NCBI RefSeq assembly: GCF_006345805.1
Contig: NW_021834965.1
Location: 1 to 43,842 of the forward strand
DNA: 43,842 bases
Reading direction: 5' to 3'
Source: Octopus sinensis
Lineage: Eukaryota
In this document: positions 37,041-43,842 of the stretch, piece after piece
Layout of the letters: each line of letters begins with the position of its first letter
How positions within the stretch are numbered: position 1 is the first letter of the stretch
Notes under the pieces: generated by a model
Database searches by the model: none
Told to the model about the DNA's origin: nothing
Seen by the model: the letters and a program-made list of their open reading frames with translations, nothing else
Position numbers and translations under genes: made by a program

Positions 37041-37685
37041 GATATATATATATATATATATATATATAGATATATATATATATATAAGTATGTGTTTGTG
37101 TGTGTGAGTGTTTGTGTGTCTGTGTGTTAAAACTCGTGCTTGTAAGTGCATTACTATGATGGAGAAAATATCACTGGAATACCAAAGGTAAATTTCTTAA
37201 GTGGGGTTTTATTGAAGTTCGTAAAACCTTTATCAACCTTTTGTTGAATGTGAACATTACTAATCAGCAGTCAGGAGTGAACTTTGTCGACAACGACATG
37301 GGTTTAGATCTTAAAATGATCATCAGTTGACAAATAGTAAAATGTGTATTTAACTTTTAAATGGAAAAATTGTTACTACATATTAAAATCCAATAAATTG
37401 AAATCGATTTTCAAATGTGACAGCCACTTGTCTAATCAGCTTGAAATGTTCATTTGATTATTTTTTGCTGCTGCTGCCCATTACATAATTTAAAATATTG
37501 ATTTGTAACAAAAGATAAACAAAATGACAAACCAGAAAAAGACCGAAAAATGACTTGGTCATCGGTTATATGGAACTCAGAGTAACGCTTTCCTCCTTTT
37601 CCGTAAATATCTTTCTCCCTTTGTTCTTCTGTATCTCCCCCCCTGTCCCCTTGTTTCTCTCCTTGTTTTTTTTTTTTTCTGTGTA

Positions 37686-37723
37686 TCTTTCTGTCGAAGA
37701 GCGTAGGCTCGAAATGTAAAAGA
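37686..37723 (+). ncRNA. Minimal type-I hammerhead-ribozyme-like motif in a Penelope-like repeat (copy 1)
   Basis: Stem I TCTTT/AAAGA, core CTGTCGA plus A, stem II GAGC-GTAG-GCTC, GAAA, then TGT-A. Position 6 is U rather than the canonical A. Confidence 0.5.
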
Positions 37724-38069
37724 CTTGTTCTATTTCTATTCTTGAGCGCCATACTAATACATTTGTTTGTTTGTACTCCACCTACCTTCGTCTTTTGTTT
37801 ATTTTCGTAAACCTTCCCGTTATATATATATATATATATATATATAATAATATATATATATATATGCGCGCGCACACATACAGATATACATGCATAACGT
37901 ACATATACATACATAAGTACTTATATATTTGTACGTACGTATGTATTTTCGTGTAAACTCATATTTAACACACTCGAGTAGATTGCAGATAGGGCCAGGG
38001 AAAAAAATCTCCACCTAGACATGTTCGAAAACACATATTGGCTTTAAAATAACTAGGACTATTTCCGAA

Positions 38070-38103
38070 GCAGGAGTGGCTGCGTGGTTAGTAGCTTGCT
38101 TAC
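38070..38103 (+). mobile_element. Family-B SINE head fragment truncated at the start of the L1/Tx1-like element
   Basis: GCAGGAGTGGCTGCGTGGTTAGTAGCTTGCTTAC. Confidence 0.7.
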
Positions 38104-39835
38104 AGAAGTGTTCGCATTTTTTCATATTGTTTGAAAGTCACGTATTTCGACGTGAAAATTGAACATTTCAAGCACGACTACAGGTAGTCGTTTGTTTTGT
38201 TGTTTTTTGGGGGCTTAGTGGAGTTTGTTGCTCTGTAATTAATAATTTTTGTTGAGCAACAGTCTCCACTCTGTTCCAGACATTTGCCTGCCTGTGGTTC
38301 TGCGAAAAGACTCACTTTGCAGTGAGGATTGTGTTTTGGGGAGGCGTATTCCCTCCGGAAAAATTTTGCTTATGAAAATTGTCTTTTTTTTTTTACTGTG
38401 TTCGTGCCCGGGGAATACCTTCGGATTTACCATTAAGGCAAGGAGTGCGAAGACGGCAAGAACTTAATTTTTGCGCTGCGACAGAGAGCTGCAAATTGTA
38501 AATTGCCTGAAGAGCAGAATTTTGTTGCCGGTTGAACTGTCCTCTTTCATTCCTTTTTTTCTCTCGTCTGTCTTTCTGTTCTTTCTTTGTGTTTTATTAT
38601 TGACTTTTATTTAAACATTTCTGGACTTTTTTTTGTTTTTGGAACATTCTATTTTCATTTTATTTTTGGAAAAAATGGCAACAAAGACTACTGCTTTGGA
38701 GTGGCGAATTGTGGGCCCCAAATTTTGGCTCAAAAATTTTACTGAGAGAACTGTGGAGTTAAGGACCTACTCTAGAATCCTTGAAACCATCGCTGTGTTC
38801 TCTCAGCCTGAGATTGAGAAAGAGTTGGCAGAGTACCTGCCAACTTTTAAATTTATCCGTCGGGGAGCAACGTATTGAACTGTGGGTGTGCTTTTTAACA
38901 GCCCTACGGAGGCACAAAAGTTTGCGTGCCAAATGGTGGAAGGGGAGATTTTGTTTCTCCCCACATATGGTGGGTGAAAATTAACGAGAGTTTGGGTGTG
39001 TGAGTTGCCACCCGGAATTGATCCCGAGTGGATAGGAGACTATCTGCCGGGGTCTAATTGGCAGTAACACCAGGCTATTGAATGTAAAGATTATGCCTGC
39101 GGTTGACTAGGTGGGATCAAAACAGATTTTGATCCTATAGATCCAGTCAGCCGCAGATCTGGTATTACCGGATTTATTTATGTTGGCCGGTTCCAGGCAA
39201 CCGGTGATCCTTGAGGGACGCCCCAAGTGTCACCTGTGCCTGGAAGCAGGCCACATAAATAGGAACTACTCCAAGAACCAAGCTAGGATACTGCAGCAGT
39301 TAAAAGAGGAGGAGGTTTTACCACCATCGGAGCCTCCTGATTATCTAACGGGGGGAGAGGAAGAGAAAGTCGAGGAGGAGGTAACCCTCTCGAAAGGAAA
39401 AAGAAAGAAAGAAGGTGGGCAACCACTGTTGCCCACCGATGGATTCTAAGGCGACGGGAGGAAGGGACTCCCGGACAAGTTGGAGGAACTCCACTCTCCC
39501 GTCGAGAAGAGGAAAAAATAGGAAGAAGAACGGCACATCGCTGGCAGTTGACGATCAACTGCCAGCATGCCTCGAAACTCTGTTGGTGGGAAGTGTGCCA
39601 CTGACAGGGCAGGCTGAGGCCCCTCCCCGTGAGGAGGAGGTGAAACGCGTCGTTTTCTATCTCAGGGGAGGGCCTGTCAAGAAGTGCTTAGACGGTCTTC
39701 CAGGCCGAGAACGTCGATTTGAAGGAAGGATTTAGGAAATACACAACGCCTACATTTGACCACTAATAACAAAATCATTTGTGCAGGTGTTTGGGCAAAT
39801 GCTGAACTCTCCCGTTGAGGACGGGAGAGTTCACC
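38104..39835 (+). mobile_element. L1/Tx1-like non-LTR element: T-rich 5' UTR and disrupted ORF1; no ORF2 seen
   Basis: GC-richer coding-like block from ATG 38675 (MATKTTALEWRIVGPKFW...), with several stops and frameshifts. Gag-like knuckle ILEGRPKCHLCLEAGHINRNY (CX2CX4HX4C with the last C changed to Y, 39228-39269), followed by a charged, K/R/E-rich tail. Confidence 0.75.
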
Positions 39836-40137
39836 ACCCTCACACACAAGCACGCACACACCAACAAACAAACACACACACATACACACACACGCACATT
39901 TATGTGTGTTTGTGTGTGCGACACACACATATGCAAGCTACTTCTGAATGTGTAACACACATATGCAAACTGGTTCTAACCATCAGAGGTTATGACTAGA
40001 ACACTTTTGATCTTTGTAGCTCTGCTACCTAAGGTTAATAAAAAAATCAAAAAAAAAAATCAAACAACTATATTACATTAATCAGACCATCTCATTTGAA
40101 TATTTAATGAGCATCATTTTGTTCTGATTTTGTATGC

Positions 40138-40290
40138 AGAATCGGTAAAGAGGCGAAGAAAACGCGATGTGGTATTTCGGTTATGTTCCTTTGTTAGAAT
40201 TCCAAATTTTGCCATTACCAGTATGAACTCTCTTCTTTTTAAGGTCGTAAAATTCTAGTACTAGTTAAGTATTGGCCTCCGTGTAACCTA
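40138..40290 (+). mobile_element. Very old family-A-like SINE
   Basis: GCAGAATCGGTAA...TGTGGTATTTCGG...AGGTCGTAAAATTCTAGTACTAGTTAAGTATTGG. Confidence 0.4.
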
Positions 40291-41164
40291 CTAAACCGCC
40301 CTATGTAAAAAAAAGAAATCATTATGTGCCTACTTTTATTTTGTTTTTGTCTGAATTTTTATTTTTATTCAAAATTAATATTGTAATTCACTGAAAAAAA
40401 GTAAAACAACATAATATTTTCCATATTTCCATAATTCTTATTGATTTTAACTTTATCCTAAATCTAAAAATCCTATTAGGATTTTACGGATGTAGAGTGA
40501 TTAAAAATTTATGTTTAAAGTTGAATTGATTTGAAAATTACTTTTTAAAGAACGAATTAATTCTTCTCATTCTAATACATCGAGCAGAACTATGATCAAA
40601 AGCGTATGCCAGCCGAGAACCAATGAAGGGGGTCTCTATGCGAACGCTCGGCTTGGATAGAAATAACAGAGAAATGTCACTGTAATCACATCTTATAGTA
40701 TTCAAACAGGAAGGAAACATTGGATAATGTAGTTATCGATATTCTACGATTTTTGAAAAAGAAACAACAACAACAACAACAAAACAAACACGTGACGGTC
40801 ACGGCTTTGACGTCTTTGATCAGTGATCTGCTCGATCAGGAGTGGTATGTAGCTAACCAATAATAAGAACAGCAACAACGAAAACAACAAACACTACAAA
40901 GACATCATGAACAACAACAATAGCAAATATAACAACTATATCGAAACGATATCAGGAGTGTTGGACTATAGTTGTTCTTTTACAAGAAAACACCTTGACA
41001 ATACGAAATAAATAATGTTTTCAAACTTAACCCTTCGGTTTTGTCTGATTTCTACATTGTATTTTCTCTTTATTCTTTTGTATTTGTATTGCACGCTCTT
41101 TCGCATTACTCACTGGTTTCTTTTCTCTCTTTTTTTTTCCATGTAGTTTTGTATATCTACACTA

Positions 41165-41329
41165 GGTGTAGGAGTGGCTGTGTGGTAAGCAGCTTGCTTA
41201 CCAACCACATGGTCCCGGCTTCATTCCCACTGCGTGGTACCTTGGGCAAGTGACTTCTATTATAGCCTCGGGCCGACCAGAGCCTTGTGAGTGGAGTTGG
41301 TAGACGGAAACTGAAAGAAGCCCGTCTTA

Positions 41330-41398
<69 letters not shown>

Positions 41399-41497
41399 GT
41401 GTGTATATGTTTGTGTGTCTGTGTTTGTCCCTCCAACATCGCTTGACAACCGCTGCTGGTGTGTTTACATCCTCGTAACTTGGCGATTCGACAAGTG
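41165..41497 (+). mobile_element. Family-B SINE, 3'-truncated, with internal (TA)n/(TG)n
   Basis: Matches the 17398 copy; CORE-like ACCTTGGGCAAGTGACTT block. Confidence 0.92.
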
Positions 41498-41981
41498 ATA
41501 TTTCTGCTGCTTTTCAAGAAAGTATATATATGTATGTGTATATATATGTATTATAAATATGTTACAAAAAGAAAATAGAAACTACACATGGAAATGGAAG
41601 AGGAAAGTAAGAAAAATAAGCGAAAAAGCACATTGGAAATAAAAAAAAAGTAAAGGCTTTTTATGAAAAGTAACGAATGATATATATACAATTAGATGAA
41701 CTGAGGTAGGAATAAAAATAATAAAAGTCATTATTGTGAATTGTGGAAGAGATTCAAAAGGATACCGGTTTCGTAAGTTACTAATCATTGCTTTGAATAC
41801 AACCACTCATTGCTTTGAATGCACACCGATTAATGAACAGTGTCAGGTCTATTAGTCCCTGAGAAAAATGATTATGTGTAAGGGAGGTAAGTAGTCCTGG
41901 ATTTGGTGCAATTAGGTTAGATATGGAATTGAAATGTGAATGTTGTAAATGATGGATAGGGGATAGTGGTATTAATTGAAA

Positions 41982-42212
41982 GGCGGCGAGCTGGCAGAAA
42001 CGTTAACACGTCGGGCGAAATCTGTAGCCGTATTTCGTCTGCCGTTACTTTCTGATTTCAAATTCCGCCGAGGTCGACTTTGCCTTTCATCCTTTCGGGG
42101 TCGATTAAATAAGTACCAGTTATGCACTGGGGTCGATGTAATCGACTTAATACCTATGTCTGTCCTTGTTTGTCCACTCTGTGTTTAGCCCCTTGTGGGT
42201 AATAAAGAAATA
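41982..42212 (+). mobile_element. Full-length family-A SINE (tail-2), 14-bp TSD
   Basis: TSD GGTATTAATTGAAA at 41968-41981 and 42213-42226. Confidence 0.95.
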
Positions 42213-42500
42213 GGTATTAATTGAAAAGTTAGTAGTGTTCTGTATTATGTTATGCGTTCGTATTTAGTTGGGAAAAAAGTTATTGATGAAAGTTGCCTTT
42301 TTATTCATTCTTTGTTGCATTGTGGTGTTTGTGAACATTGATAGAAGGGGAAAATTAGGAAATTAGGATTAAGATTCCCAGCATACCTTTCTATGTGTTT
42401 ACTAACCTGTAACTGTCTGTATTGTGGGGGGGGGGGGTGTTCTTTGTTAAGAGTGATTCTTCGACGGAGTCATATTCCTATTTGGTCACTATATAGTATA

Positions 42501-42547
<47 letters not shown>

Positions 42548-42624
42548 GGGCAAGAAATAACTTTACCTCTTTTTATGGAGACAAAGGAGTTGACTCGAGA
42601 TGTTTGATCACTAATCAACGTTAT

Positions 42625-42655
<31 letters not shown>

Positions 42656-42743
42656 CATGTTTAGCATCATGATGAACTGTTATTCCCTACGCATTTTTCT
42701 TTTACTGTCCTTTGCGTTCTCTCTCCATGTTTTCCCTATCAAT

Positions 42744-42781
42744 TCTTTCTTTCGAAGAGCGTAGGCTCGAAACGTCAAAGA
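42744..42781 (+). ncRNA. Minimal type-I hammerhead-ribozyme-like motif in a Penelope-like repeat (copy 2)
   Basis: Stem I TCTTT/AAAGA, core CTTTCGA plus A, stem II GAGC-GTAG-GCTC, GAAA, palindromic ACGT stem III, then C at the would-be cleavage site. Confidence 0.5.
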
Positions 42782-42912
42782 CTTTTCCATTTTTCCCCGA
42801 CCATTAAATTAATACACCTGGTTGTTGTTGCTTCACCTGTCTTCATCTTTTGTTACCTGTAAATTTGAACTGCATATAATATATACTATATATATATATA
42901 TATATATATATA

Positions 42913-42953
<41 letters not shown>

Positions 42954-43842
42954 CAAACACATTTTCAAAGCAACTCTGTTGCTTGTCGGCCTGTAGGCTG
43001 CCCTAGTGCGGTGGAGATGACTCCATCGAAGCGCTCAGTGTTAAAAGATCTGAAAGCCATATACAGGCATGACAGACAAGACAACTTACCCTGAATTCCA
43101 TTTACAAACGATGAACATAGTTGTTTCCCCGCACTTATAGCTTATTAACATATACATGCTTATTATGCATTTAAAAATTTACATATGGACGATTAACGTC
43201 GTTTTCCGGACGTTCCAAGTCGATGTCCCACTACCAACTCTATCTCAGAAAAAAGATCCTCAATCTATCCCAGAATTCGTTCACTCTAAACTTAATATTT
43301 ATCGTCTTCCACGCCTGTCATCCTCTTTAACTATCGCCCCTTAATGCCATAACGAATGGAACTTTGCCATGCGCAATTAAACCTCCAATTATCCGATAAT
43401 TTTGTGCCTCGTGGTACTTCCACCAACAAAAGTTTCTCCATATTTAAACGTATGTTTATGCATTCTTATTTCCCCTAACACGATTATGCATTGCTACATT
43501 AATACTATTTTATTCTATTTACTATTTGATCGCATGCATATTTTAATTCGCTACACTAAATTTAAAAAAAAAATTTATTCATTTTTCCCCCTACGCAAAA
43601 ATGTTTTCTACACAACTTTTCATCATCGTATGATTCCTTCGTATGAACTTTAACTTTTCTATATTTTATCGTTTGCATTTCGAATATGTTTTTAATATAT
43701 TTGATTTAATAACGTTATGGTCCACGAACATGAAATTTTCTACACATATTTTCCTCATACGATTCCGTCTAAAGAAATTTATATATTTTATAGTTAACGC
43801 CTTTGCACGAACTTGCATTTTAAATAGTTATTAATATGTTTT

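Noticed and set aside
10850-42212. tRNA genes
   Set aside because: Every A/B-box head continues into a SINE body, and none completes a cloverleaf with an acceptor stem.
135-43834. Most ORFs in the supplied track ([16 protein letters not shown], poly-T/H/V)
   Set aside because: They are translations of microsatellites, which lack stop codons by construction. They are not evidence of genes.

Overview
AT-rich, repeat-saturated eukaryotic non-coding DNA. The tRNA-derived SINE families and the density of (TA)n/(CA)n/(TATC)n/(TACA)n and trinucleotide microsatellites look like an Octopus (coleoid cephalopod) genome; this is inference from remembered repeat families, not a search. I can support no intact host protein-coding gene. 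Most ORFs in the supplied track are translated microsatellites. Recognisable content: about 25 SINE copies or fragments of at least 5 families, often nested; a decayed 2.7-kb R4/Dong (RLE) LINE and a 3' fragment of a second one; two CR1/L2-like LINE remnants; an L1/Tx1-like ORF1 with no ORF2; a 524-bp Mutator-like element with a FLYWCH relic and a 9-bp TSD; a Helentron-associated (HINE)-like element; and a 441-bp near-perfect palindrome. Best leads: (1) one SINE variant inserts at two specific short motifs (GGTATT and AGAWWCGTT), both present in its own head, which builds nested arrays; (2) two Penelope-like repeats carry a minimal hammerhead-ribozyme fold with a shared non-canonical core; (3) the 217-bp-arm palindrome; (4) the ORF1-only element ending in a 13-bp hairpin.
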